A stretch of DNA of 64,000 nucleotides from Squalus acanthias (taxonomy: Eukaryota). Both the position numbers and the translations under genes were made by a program. Numbering within the stretch: the stretch's first letter is position 1; the number at the start of each line of letters is the position of its first letter. Below the pieces are notes generated by a model, which saw nothing but the letters and a program-made list of their open reading frames with translations, had not been told where the DNA came from and made no database searches. Of this stretch, positions 35,781-48,436 are shown piece after piece. The DNA lies in assembly GCA_030390025.1 (NCBI GenBank), contig CM059438.1, positions 17,050,001 through 17,114,000 on the forward strand, given 5' to 3'.

Positions 35781-36575
35781 CTGAACAAATTGGAAGAAAG
35801 CGAGCAGAGGAGACAGAAATGGAAGAAGGAGAGACAAGAAAACAAAAAGGAATAAATCAATTTATCTGTTACCAGTGATCAGTAATGCCCTCTAATTTCA
35901 TAAAAACGTATTAAAATCACAGCTGTATTTTTTTTTCACCCATTTAAAAAGCACCAATATATTGTGTGGCAATACAAATTTGCATTATTTTATAGTAGCT
36001 TTTAATTAGAATTCACAAAAAGAAGTAAGTGGACTGAATAAAGAACCTGCAGGTTAGTGCCAGCAAGAGGAGGTTAGGCTTGAATCAGGCTAAAAGGTTA
36101 AAGTGCTTTGCAAAAGGAGCTGGGCAGCAGGGTCAATTTTACATGCATGCCTTCCGAGGGCAAATGTAAAGTAGGATAATGGGATTAGTCTAGCAGGTAA
36201 GGCTAATTTCACGAAGGATGCATCAGAAAACAGGTACAGCCCAAATTAATATGTCAATACAAGACAATAAGTACACACTACAATAAGCTTTTAAAACATT
36301 TTAAGTTACAATAGCTAATGCAATAATTAAAAAATTTTTTTTTTTAAAGAGTTCTACAAAAACGAGCATTAAAAATGTCTATAATTCATGCACTGATTAC
36401 TTTATCACTCTTGGAAAGGCAAACCAGCCATAAAATTAAACTGCATACATAGTATTGTAATTAACTATGTTATAAAACATGGTTAGCAGCAGCTAGGGTT
36501 TCATCTGATTAAATGTCGTTATTCTGAGATGTGAAGGGTGCCCTCTATTATGGAAGATAATTGCTGCCTACTTAC

Positions 36576-36624
36576 CATTGGTCTCCCCTGCCTGCTTTTC
36601 CCTTTTCCTCTTCTTCCTCTTGCC
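36576..36624 (-). CDS. TCF7L2: TCF7L2 49-nt basic tail/NLS exon
   Basis: taatag|...|gtaagt; GKRKKRKREKQAGETN. Confidence 0.95.
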
Positions 36625-36977
36625 CTATTAGGGAGAGAGAAAAAAATGGAGATGGGGAGGGGGGGGGAAAAAGCACAAGCTCAGTTTGTCCATTAGGTTC
36701 ACAAAACTACGCCAATCAGAATCAAAAACACCTCAAAAGAATTTTTTTAAATGCTCTGTTCGATCAGCACTGAGAAACAAAAGCAATATGAAGGACAGCT
36801 CTGAAGCACGCACAAGGTTCTGAAGACGGCAGGGCACTGTCGGCTTCACCCTAATCATTATTTGTAACATTGAACTGACATGTATGAAGTGTACACCACT
36901 GGGCCTGTAAGGGGGGGGGGGGGGGAAACAGGGGAGTGGGGGAGGGAGCGGGGAAAGTGCTCGAGAATGGAACTTAC

Positions 36978-37085
36978 ATAGTTATCTCGTGCTGACCAGC
37001 CCGGGTAGAGTTGCATGTGAAGCTGCCGTTCCTTTCTGGCTAACTCATAGTACTTTGCTTGTTCTTCTCTAGACAAAGCGTGCCA
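36978..37085 (-). CDS. TCF7L2: TCF7L2 HMG box exon 2 (108 nt)
   Basis: ttctcag|...|gtaagt; [36 protein letters not shown]. Confidence 0.98.
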
Positions 37086-37800
37086 CTGAGAACAAACAGG
37101 GTAGGATAAGGGAGAAATAGAACACATTAATTAAATCCATACTTGTGTATAAAAATGCCTGAAAAGATTAATGCATTAATAAAATATCAGGGCTGTATAT
37201 CACAATAGAATGAAAAGCATCAACATTAACACTATGCTGTATCTGTATAGATTCATTTACTCTAACAAAAAAAAAGACTAGAATTTATTGCAAAACAGAC
37301 AGGAGAATCATCACCTTTAGTGTTTGAGGGAGGGCAAGGGGAACGATTCAACCAAAATAAGAACACAGCTTCAAAATCAAGAAAAAATTACTCATATTCT
37401 AAAGCATTTCAGAATTATGGCGCATCGCTTTTAATCAATTCAGTTGAGATAGAGTTCTTAAATTGAAAAGTTACGGTTAGTATAGAGGGCAATAAAACTG
37501 GACAGGTGTTTACGGTGTCTGTATGACATTCCTCTCCATGTAATTTTAATGGAGGTGTTAAAGCATTCATTGTTAAAATAGCAGATTAATGGCACATGTT
37601 GTGTCATTCGCTATTATCGGCAACACTTGCTTCCAATCTCTAAAGAGTGTTGATCCTGACTTGCTGTATGAAAAATAGTTGATGGCCAGCGTAAAAATCT
37701 ACACTGACTGATTGCCCTGATCACTAAGATTATATCTCCAACCTGGTCTTGTGTACTTTAGGTTAGGAAGTGGTCATTTTCGATGGTTTAGGCTGCTTAC

Positions 37801-37963
37801 CCTTCGGCCAAGGATCTGATTGATGGCCGCACTTTCTTTCAGCGTGCACTCTGCTACTACCTTTGCTCTCATTTCCTTCATGTACAACATGAACGCGTTC
37901 AGAGGTTTCTTTATGTGTGGCTTTTTCTTTTCCTCTTCTTTTTTGGCATCCTGATGATGTTTT
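37801..37963 (-). CDS. TCF7L2: TCF7L2 HMG box exon 1 (163 nt)
   Basis: ctctcag|...|gtaagc; [54 protein letters not shown]. Missed by the ORF track. Confidence 0.98.
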
Positions 37964-38252
37964 CTGAGAGAATGAGAACAGTTACTGACTTCACCAGTGA
38001 AACTGAAGTGATCATTTCTCTTCTGAAAAGGCTACATTTTAAATGATTCAGTATTAAAACCAAATGAAAACTATAAAAGTTATAATAAACTGGAAGAAGT
38101 CAGCATTTAATAATCTAGACAAAAGAGACACGCATGCTTTTAAAATTTTAAGAATTTTTATCATGGCAAACAGGACTACAAATTTCGAAGTTATGAACTA
38201 GTTGCACATTAAAATAAAATGATGTGCTTTTTGCACAAATATTAAGACTTAC

Positions 38253-38393
38253 GAGTTATTGAGGGATCCGATGTCACTCTGGGAAGACTCTTGTTTGACA
38301 GTAGGTGTGACTATGGCCGGATGGGGAATTCCCGTTGTGTGTAAACTGTGGTGTGGTGGAACCATGTGTGGGGGGAACCTACCAGAGAGAAAA
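38253..38393 (-). CDS. TCF7L2: TCF7L2 exon with alternative acceptors (141 nt with SFLSG; 126 nt starting at 38378)
   Basis: acacag|TTTTCTCTCTGGTAG|GTTCCCC...|gtaagt; (SFLSG)[43 protein letters not shown]. Confidence 0.96.
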
Positions 38394-39297
38394 CTGTGTA
38401 AATCAACAGAACAGAAATGAATGAACGGGAGGGATGGGCACACATTTGATATATAAGCAAGCATACATGCAAGTACAAGCTGTCACAATCACTCTATGTG
38501 GCTACTGTGATTAATAGCATAAAATGACTCATCATTACACAACTGTCAGTCTAACTTTACTAGACTGCCAACAGTATATAGTAATAAAAAATTACAACAT
38601 ATACATTGTATAAATACAATATATGCTACATAAATTCAAAGATTTTCCCTTATAGAACTCTGTATAAGAGGCCTTTTCAAAGAACAGTTTTGGTTTGGCC
38701 CCTTTGACAATTTTTGCATACAGCCAACAAATGCATGTTCACCTGTCCAAATTTATATTCGGTCAAATCTCAATTTCTAGCATTATTGAGAAGGGCTGAA
38801 TTTGTGGTACACCAAAATCTTCCCAACATCATGAATCAAACCAACATAATCATTTCCTATCAATATAATAATGATATATTTACTGCTTTATTTTTAAAAT
38901 ATAGTAAAATGATTCTGGAGTGAACATTTTTGTCCAATTACACAGCATGTGGGAGGCTGCTATTGTGTTAGCTGACAGATGCAGACTTTTTTTTTCCTAG
39001 AGTGAAATGTTAGCAGAGTGATTGAGCAGTGAAAATACCATTTACAAATACCATACAAACATAAGACAGTACACAGGTGAAGTATTTTATAGTACACTAG
39101 AGCTTTCAAAACCTCAAGAGTATCATTCTTCACGTGATGAAGTGGTTACATTCATTTCATTACCTGAAGAGACTGACGAGGGTTCAGGAGTTAATGGATA
39201 CTATAAAATGTCAATCTATCATAAGGTGATTACTTCCACACTATCTACAAAATATTTGAAATTTGGTATAGCTCTTGCAACTGAACAAGGAAACTAC

Positions 39298-39299
<2 letters not shown>

Positions 39300-39342
<43 letters not shown>

Positions 39343-39360
39343 AATATATATATATATATA
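39300..39360. repeat. (TA)n microsatellite, interrupted
   Basis: Two TA runs separated by AAAATAATAA. Confidence 0.9.
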
Positions 39361-41667
39361 TTCCGTTGTAAAAACTGAAAATTCTAAACAGCTAATTATG
39401 AAAAAATCCTGACTGCTTTTATGGCTGCAAGCCAGAATATAATGATGTGCATAAACTTGCAGGCCATGTTACGAACAAACTCATTTTTGTTCCACAGTGT
39501 CTCTGGGGCTTCTATCACGTTCACTCTCACTTTATTTCACTGTTGACATGTTTCTGTTAACTGCATGTCATCTGCCTGGCTTTGTTTTATGTGTGAGCTG
39601 TGGGATGCTTTTTTTTCCCCCCCCCCTTGCAAAAAAAAAACAGCCTCTTTGAGTTGCAGCTAGTTTGTCATTATTCCCCCCCTCCTCTCCCTGTGCAGTT
39701 GTTATCTCTCATCTTTTCCAAGCTCAATTTTCCTGAGCTTTCTGAACCACCACAAACCCACATTATGGTTTATACATGATGCTGATCTCTTTGAAGGCGG
39801 CACATTTCAGAGCGGGCCCTAGTCAGGAGAAGCACCTTCAGCCAATTTGCTAGGCTGAGGGGCCCCGAAGCTCTAACATCTCAATCTAACAGGGTCACAA
39901 GGTGGCACAAGTGAGTGTCAGCTATTGCTGTTTAATTGCCAGTCTATGCCTCTCTGCTGTGTTTAAAGTATAATGACCCATCACTTAATTCCAAGAAATC
40001 ACTGCCCTACTGCTGGATGGAATAAATATCAAAAGGTGCGCTCTGGCAGGGCATGGAGTCTACATTTCCTATAGATGTCATACGAATAATACAGACGTGT
40101 ATTTCCATCACCCCACTACCACACAAATGCCTTTTGTTCTATTTTTTTTTCATCTGAATAACTAATGTACGCCCCTACAGGAAAAAAACTGTTGAAGAAC
40201 TGCTAAGTTGTTTTAATGATTGCCTTCACAAGTGTACAAATCGTGTGCTTTGCCTGACAACTTGACCCCTCCCCACAGTCTATTTGTGGGGGTGGGGGAC
40301 ACTACCAAAAGCAATCCATGTGTGACCAGAAAATAACCCTACACCTTTCTCTCTTTTGTGATGTGCACCTTTCACTCTTATAACTGGTGCCCCACTGACA
40401 GTTGTACAATTGCAACACTGAACATCGTGAACACTTCTAATACATTCCTAAAGTCTTATTTTGCTATTCAGTGATAAACATTTTTGCTATTCTGCTAAAC
40501 CTCTGGAAAAAAATTTTTTAATTTTAAATGGTTAATTTGTCTTGCCCCTATCTAAAGCTGTGCTTTTACAAATGCATCTACTTAGTCCCTAGAGATGGGG
40601 AGCCTTGCCTAATAATCTATGCTAATTTAATTAACAGCTATCATCAAAATGCATTAGCTGTTTCAGCCCATCAGGAAAGTCTAACCCTCCACCAATTAAA
40701 TTAGCTGAACTCTAAATCAGATGAACAGAAAATAAACCCATCATTAGGAGCAATTAGCGATTGCTTAAATACAGTGCTATGGAGTAGTTTGTAAATATAC
40801 TTGTAGCCACTGGGAAATTAGCTCGTACTGTATTAATTGGGGCTGTGACGAACAGTCAGAGCCCCTATCAAAACAGTAGCTTTCGGAGTTCTGAACATCA
40901 GCCTCCAAAAGCTTTGATGTGTCATCATTTACCAGTCTCTCTTATTGGCTTTGTATGTTTGCATTTGTTGTGTATGCATATGGACATTAATATTGTACAC
41001 AGGGGTGGAATCTGGTGTGGTAACGCTGATGTGTTGTAAACTTTAATACATAGATATTTTATCCTGCATGGCAGCTACTTCTGCTAGTTAAAATTAGGTA
41101 CAGATTTACAATACCTCATTACTTTTTTATTTCACCTTCAGTATTGCTAAATACCCATTTAAATTTTACATGGCTGGCACAATTAAATCTTGTGAAAATT
41201 ATTGCATTTTTCCATTAAGAGGGCCTCATTACTGCTACAATGCAGTTTACCAATACCACAATTATACTGAAGCCCACAGGCATAATTTGGTGTCGGTATT
41301 TGGGCTCCATACTGCAGGACTAAGTGGGGCTTCCACATAGGACTGGATGTTCTCAGTTGCACTGCTTAACAATGTAAACCTAGAATTTTTTTTTTGTTTC
41401 TCTAAGTTCTAAAGAGCAGAAAGAGTAAATGATGGGCAAAAGGGCTGGATGAAATGACTGCAACAAGGATGGATTCAGTGCAAGTCCAAACATAGGTTAC
41501 AATGGCCCATGACAAAATTGGTACCAGTCCGAAAATAATTTCTGGAGAGATCCTGTGTACGTAGTCACCAATTTGAAAGGCAGAAAGTATCCTGAATTTA
41601 CTACCTTTTGTAAATCGCATTCAAAACTGGTTTGTGTTTCCTAGTAGGGGGCGGCATAACTAAGACT

Positions 41668-42343
41668 CCTATTTCCACCTCCGTAACATTGCCCGTCTCC
41701 GACCTTGCCTCAGCTCATCCGCTGCTGAAACCCTCATCCATGCCTTTGTTACCTCTAGACTTGACTATTCCAACGCAATCCTGGCTAGCCTCCCACGTTC
41801 TACCCTACGTAAACTTGAGGTGATCCAAAACTCTGCTGCCCGTGTCCTAACTCGCACCAAGTCATGTTCACCCATCACCCCTGTGCTCACTGACCTACAT
41901 TGGCTCCCGGTTAAGCAACGCCTCGATTTTAAAATTCTCATCCTTGTTTTCAAATCCCTCCATGGCCTCGCCCCTCCCTATCTCTGTAATCTCCTCCAGC
42001 CCCACAATCCTCCCCCCCCCCGCCGCCACCACCACCGAGATATCTGCGCTCCTCTAATTCTGTCCTCTTGAACATCCCTGATTATAATCACTCAACCATT
42101 GGTGGCCGTGCCTTCTGTTGCCTAGGCTCTAAGCTCTGGAATTCCCTACCTAAACCTCTACGCCTCTCTTTCCTCCTTTAAGACGCTCCTTAAAACCTAC
42201 CTCTTTGACCAAGCTTTTGGTCATCTGCCCTAATTTCTCCTTATATGGCTCGGTGTCAAATGTTGTGTCTTATAATACTCTGTGAAGCACCTTGGGACGT
42301 TTTACTATGTTTAACTGTGTTATATAAATACAAGTTGTTGTTG
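41668..42343 (+). mobile_element. L2 LINE 3' fragment (intronic, antisense to TCF7L2)
   Basis: IQNSAARVLTRTKSCSPITPVLTDLHWLPVKQRLDFKILILVFKSLHGLAPPYL; tail TATATAAATACAAGTTGTTGTTG. Confidence 0.9.
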
Positions 42344-45300
42344 GAGGCAACAAATGGAGGCTTAGCACTTCCTCATATGGTCAAAATGCAAATAAGGGTC
42401 ACATGCACGCTTAGCAGCTGAACAGAGAGTGGTGCGGACATAGGCCTTGGACCTTTCCCCCTACTGGCCCTCTCTATTAAACAATGATGTTCACAACATA
42501 GGGAGCATCTAATTTGTGAAAAGAATGGAAAAATAATATATAATTTAGTTTTTGCCCCCAAAGAAATTTAAATAATAGAGTACTTGTCAGTGAGCTAGTT
42601 GGTGTTGTATTCCATACACATTTTACAGAAGACTGCTGGCTTTGTTACAACAAAATACAGATGTGTGCTTTGACCTTTAGTTGATGAGCTGGCCAACTGA
42701 CACACAGATTGGATGAATAATGTGACTGGAATAAGCTGATGTTTGTGTATCGTGATGGCAATACACATTTAGGAACGTGCTGTTTATTTAATTCTGCTTT
42801 GTTTCTTTTTTGTCACCTCCACTTGCTGCCTTCTCAGATGGCTCCAGGTGTATAGGAACACACTGCCTAGGGTCAGAACCGGAAAGCTACCAATCTGTGG
42901 CACAGCATGCAGTAATACACAGCACATAAAGGATGGCCAAATGGATAGTTCTGACCCTAATTTAGTTTCTATCCTAATCTAATTCACTACAATACAAGTT
43001 AATTGCCAATTCAATTATTGAAAGAATGTGTTGGTACAGCCTTAGCCAAGGCCATGTACTAGTTTCTAACAGTTCATTTACATTATGGAACTGTTTCCAG
43101 TAGAAGTGGTTTCACACTGTGATTAGGTTGCAGACAGCTCTGAATTCATGTGACAACTTAATTTCAGAGCAACGGTAAACCAACTGCACACATTCAAAAC
43201 TGCATTCGTGCAGTTCAAAAGTTGCAATTGCAGAATTATGCTTCTGGCCGCACATCCTCCATAATATTGAGGGATGGTTGAACGGGCAATCAATGTGAAA
43301 ACTACTTTGTCTCAGGATGCTGGAAGTGATACCACCTTTAAGGTGGAGTTCTATGTCTCAGGAAGCATAGGTACTCCCTCATATATACTACTGAAGTGCC
43401 TGTGACTGAATTCTTGCCATTGAAGGCACTTCCATAGCACTAAAAGGGTATTAGTTAGTTATACTACGCAAGCACCCTAAGTAATGTTAAGTTGTTAAGA
43501 ACAGATTCACACTAGTATGATGAGGTGGTCAGGTCATTGTGAAAACTGACACTCCAAAGCTAGAAGTAAATTTACAGCTACTCTGCACTGAATTCACCAA
43601 CTCTAGGGATAAAACAAGGGTGCACCTTACCAGGAACAGAAGCATTCACCTCTGTGTCCTAAAACTGTGTCACCATGAAACAGAAGTACAGGAAATGAAC
43701 AGGAGGTCGATCAGCAGCTGAACTAGACTCATATATAGCACATTCCATTTTTATTTCCCCATTTATTTGGAGTTTTCTTTTTACTGCCACTACGGAATAG
43801 TCTGATTTGACTTTGGCAAGCGTGAACTTTTGTACAACTCAAAACATTGCAATCACCAAAGATTCCCATTTTCCCTCTTTTCAGTTTAGCTGACCTGTCC
43901 CCTGCACTATAACTTACTCAAAACCTGAATATCCCAGAAACTATAGCGAAGGAAGGGTGCACAGCATCATATAGTTAACTGCCCAATTCTCCTAAATTAA
44001 GTGTATTGAATTCGCACATTTAAAATACCAATCATTCCATTTTTGAGAGAGAATTAAAATAGCCAGGAGTGTTACAAGGCAGTAACGCACTCATTAAGGA
44101 TTTGGAAAATTTTGTGATTAACATATTCCTAAGCATGTATTTTTCGTAATGTATAGAATGCAGTGTTGTTCACCCTTTCAAAAATCCCACTTTAGAGATT
44201 TACCAGTCTCCCAATATTATGGTTCCTGAATTTTTCCGCGTTGCTCTGCACTATGTGGCTGGATGAGGGATGTTTGACAATTCCATAACACTACATCAGT
44301 CAATAAAACCAATTAATTTCATCAGTTGTCAGCTGGCTTTCTAAGAAACAGCTTCCACTAAAGGAACAGAAAGCGATACTCTTTTGAAAGTGGATGTTAG
44401 TACAGAAAGCTATGGGATAATCTGGAGTCTCTTTCTCCACCTACACTGCTATGCGAGTAGTTGTTTGGAGGCAAAAAAAAAAAAATCAAAGAAAGTTGTA
44501 CTTTAAGAACTGTTTTAATTCTTACAGTATTTATTTTCTACTTTTATTGTGTTAGAGAATCAATAATTTATCTTTCCTAGAGTCAGTGCCTCAAGTGTAA
44601 AAGCTGAAAATAATATATATGGGCAAAATGCAGTCAGTGAGGCTCCTGCTGATCAAAAGGAGAAGACAGATTTAATTCCAGCAGGAATCACGCTCAAGCT
44701 ATGAGACTCAAGTTTAAACCCTATCCATGGCAGCATTTCAGACTCTTGCATCCCCTAAAGGACAACTTGTGGCCACACTGCCCAGATTGTACGAAGGAGT
44801 GGGAAGAAACAAGAAGTTGTGGGGCCAAATGATTAACTCCTGCGGCACTTAAATTGAATCTAGCAATGTGTCAGCCAAAGAGCTACCTGGATACAAAAGA
44901 AAAAAGTTTCCACTAGGAGATCCAAGTGTCCATTGAGTAACACTAATCAGAGTGAATCCTAGTTTTTCTTCAAATTTCCAAAGGCCATGGAGGCTCTTTT
45001 TTGACCAGTAGGCCCAATGATGTATTGGTCTATGGCACTCTGATAACTGCTGTAACTTACCATTACCACCAAGTTGTCTCCTACTTTTGAATATGGGACT
45101 CTATTACATGGATGCACAATTTTAAGTGCTTTATGTTGCTACCTACTGACTCACTAGAAAGAGCTGCAGGCCTCCAAGTGGAAGAGCAGACAGCCTATTA
45201 CTACTTTTTGAGCAATTCCATGTTAAAGTGGCCTTTAACCTGTGATGTAACAACGAAGATTATTGCTCTCTGAACTGACTTAGTGTGGCTCAAGTAGCGA

Positions 45301-45826
45301 TAAGTGACTCTAGCCACAGGGTATAATAAATATTAACTGCACTTTTCTGTCTGCAAGTGCTAAAATGTTGTCCCTCGGGCTCCAACATTGATATAAAGTG
45401 TGCAATAATTGCAGCATGCTCTTGACACTTCCATATTCCCTTGGGAGCAATATTTTACCACTACAACCTTGAAAAGCAGTCAATATTTGTGTACGATATA
45501 AATTATCTCCTTACACAATAATACTGCAGCTAGAACTCCATTCCAAATTTATGATGCATTATTTGCAGGTTCATTCATAAAGTGCAGTATTTAGTTATGG
45601 AATGGCATTTAGTTTATTTGCTTGTTTATTATTATGAAGACAACACAAATGGCACATGCCAACTCTTCCATTGCGAAAAAAGGGCACAACATTCAGAAAT
45701 GGCAATGTGTCCTCATTGAACAAAGACAATGGCAAAATGGTTAAAACAAAAGAGCTGTTGAGAAAATGCTTGAAGATTATCTGCTTAAAATAAAAAGTTG
45801 ATTGCCAACAAGGTAAGTGTACCCAC

Positions 45827-45913
45827 CTTGACATGGAAGCATTGACGGTGAGTGCAGTGGGGTAAGGATGTCGAAATCCCCCTGTTGTGATTGGGTAAAC
45901 AGGTTGACCTTGC
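45827..45913 (-). CDS. TCF7L2: TCF7L2 87-nt exon
   Basis: ttttcag|...|gtgggt; QGQPVYPITTGGFRHPYPTALTVNASMS. Confidence 0.97.
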
Positions 45914-46526
45914 CTGAAAAGAAGAAAAGAAAGAAGAAAAAAATAACTGGAAACGTCTCCTGCTGTTGCGAGCTCACTCTCATTTGACCAGAACAAAAAA
46001 TGTTGTTGATTGCACAGCCAGGATCAAAGGATGTAAATAAAGAACAATTTTAATGTGCTAAATCTGATAGAACCAGCTAATTAAATTTTATAACCTCTGC
46101 TAATGTCAACAGAGACCTTCTCCCCAAGCTAAAACTAGGTGTTTTGTTGTGATAATTAAAGGCGAAGCGGCGTTTGCTTTAATGGAGCCATCACAATAAT
46201 TGAGGGCTACAGATCCAAAGGAAAACAATAATGAATGTAAATTTATACCAAAATAAAATACATCAAATCAAAGAGCCGCCGTTCTGCTTTGGGCCTCTTT
46301 TGGTATTTAGAACTCAGTAAGAAAACATTAAATTAACAGTCCTTAATTTGTAGCCTTTTGTCATAGTAACCAGTGTTGACAGGTGTTGCCAGGGGAGAAG
46401 CCCCATATGAATATGTGGGTACCCAGTAGCCAATCACAGCTCATTACAATAATTGGACAATACAGTAACATGCAAAATTCTACAAGAATTAAAAGAATAA
46501 AAAGAAAAAGAAATGGAACTGCTTAC

Positions 46527-46629
46527 TGTGGTACTAACCATCCTAGTGGATGGGGGATTTGGCCGACGGTACCTGGCGAGAGTGGGTAATAGGGAGAAAT
46601 ATCTGAAGGATGTGGAGGCCTAGGAATTC
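46527..46629 (-). CDS. TCF7L2: TCF7L2 103-nt exon with alternative donor (LVPQ; short form ends 46539)
   Basis: tctctag|GAATTCCTAGG...GGATG|GTTAGTACCACA|gtaagc; [35 protein letters not shown]. Confidence 0.97.
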
Positions 46630-48436
46630 CTAGAGAAAGCAAAAACAGACCCAATATTAACTTTCAAAAGCACAAGTGATACAAATACGTTCATAACATG
46701 GTTAAATTTGAATGTGCAATTGTTCCATTTACCTTCCTGTTTCCAATTATGCCAACACTTGAACTGAAACTGCATGCCAAGCCTTCAATGGCCCATGTCC
46801 TACGCACCATTTATCTCCATTATTTGCTATAGCTCAGCATATTTTTAATAATCGTTGCAACTGTTGTTTATAAAGTTATCTTCAGCTCGAGGGCCACCAA
46901 TATCTGCGCACAGGGTGACTTGAACATTCAGTTATATCACTACAACTGGAATTAGTTACAGCATCATGTCTGTACAAACAAGCTTGATATTTAAGTTTAG
47001 TTTTAGAGAATCAGTAAGCCTTTGAGTATTCTGGGAGCATTTTCGCACCAGTGAGATCCAAGAATTTTCATAAAACATTATGTTGTGGTTTTATTTGATC
47101 CTTTCCATAGCATTCAGCTTTTGAAATCAAGAATACAGGTTCTTTTAGCTCTTCCGTGAATCATTTTTATGTCGATAATAGATTAAACGTCTTGCATGTG
47201 ACTTCACATACTTCCTGTAACACGTCTCAGTTATGCTTATAGTCCAAGTTTTTATAGCCTGATAAGAGTCATTCTTATACCTGATTCACTTCCAGCGCTG
47301 GTCCTTCCAACCTCAACTTTCCATTAGCTCCAGCACACCACACAGAAGAGCTGGTAAGCTGAAAACAGCCTGACCATCTTCATTAATTTGATCAATAAAC
47401 TTCATTTATTTAAAATAAAACTAGTTTTCAAAACATTGAGTGGTCACAACTACTTTCAAATCACTGAGTCTGGCCGACACCTGCTTTTTCTACCCTGTAC
47501 AGCCACGTAAATCTTTTCCTTCATACCCATGCTACCCCTCTACCCGATTCCTCACTAATTTCCACAGCTCTCATAACCTCTCTCCTTGCTAGTACTAGGC
47601 CCTACGCCCCCCTCCACTCATATCACAAACTACACCCCCTCCCTACTACTGACACACCCCATTCCCCTTCCCTAGTGATCCTGGGCCCTTTCTGTGGAAA
47701 AAGTATTTTTCATTAGACCATATTAACACCCTTAAATTAAAAACAACATGTCCTCTGACTATCGCAAGCACCACCTATCATAAACAATGCCATGGGAAAT
47801 CCACTAGTGTGTGATAAATGTATAAAATAATAAAAATATCCCAGTGCACACCAGTCACACACCGTTACATGCAAAAGAATCATAAAATTGCTGACGTCAT
47901 CTGGCTTGGAGCCAGAAATTTACAAGGAACTACCATTGTCTGCTAACTGACCTGGCAACTTTAGAAGCAATTACATTAGCCAGGATTTGCCCTTTAGATA
48001 ATTTCCCCATGGGAAGTATCTGGGCAGTCGTAAAGAGTCGCCAGATTAAACACAGCTCCATCATAACAGCTAGATGTCACAACCGAGTCCCTGACTACCT
48101 TGAGCGCAACACCATGGGAGATCTGCTAATATCTAAATTGTGCTTTACTTCTAACGTTTGTGCAGCACCGCTGAAAACTATTCTACACACCTCACACCGG
48201 AAGACAGAAAGTAAGATGGTCATCCACAAAAGCAAAGAATCTGTTTCCTGGAAGTTGAGGCAAGGAGATTACAACTACAGATTTACAGAGCAAATTATGG
48301 TACAATACCAAATGGTGTACTGTAAAGTGCATCCTCGATCAAATCTTTACACCAAGTCACTTTGATCAAGTTTCTAAACATTTCTCTCAAAGCCCTTGAA
48401 TCGCGTTACGTTTTCAAGGGTCTCAAATGTTGCCTG

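Noticed and set aside
35873-35922. AG...ATCACTG|gtaaca segment as a possible homologue of the 51-nt exon (ends I-T)
   Set aside because: 50 nt, in-frame TAG, purine-rich acceptor, no peptide similarity apart from the last two residues.
36910-36955. G-run cluster (G-quadruplex potential) next to the HMG exon
   Set aside because: Similar poly-G/C runs occur at about 9470, 18320 and 55760; it is C-rich on the transcribed strand and there is no evidence of function.
40876-40905. Hammerhead-like CTGATG...CCGAAAGCTA on the minus strand
   Set aside because: CUGANGA box broken and no convincing stem II or stem I.
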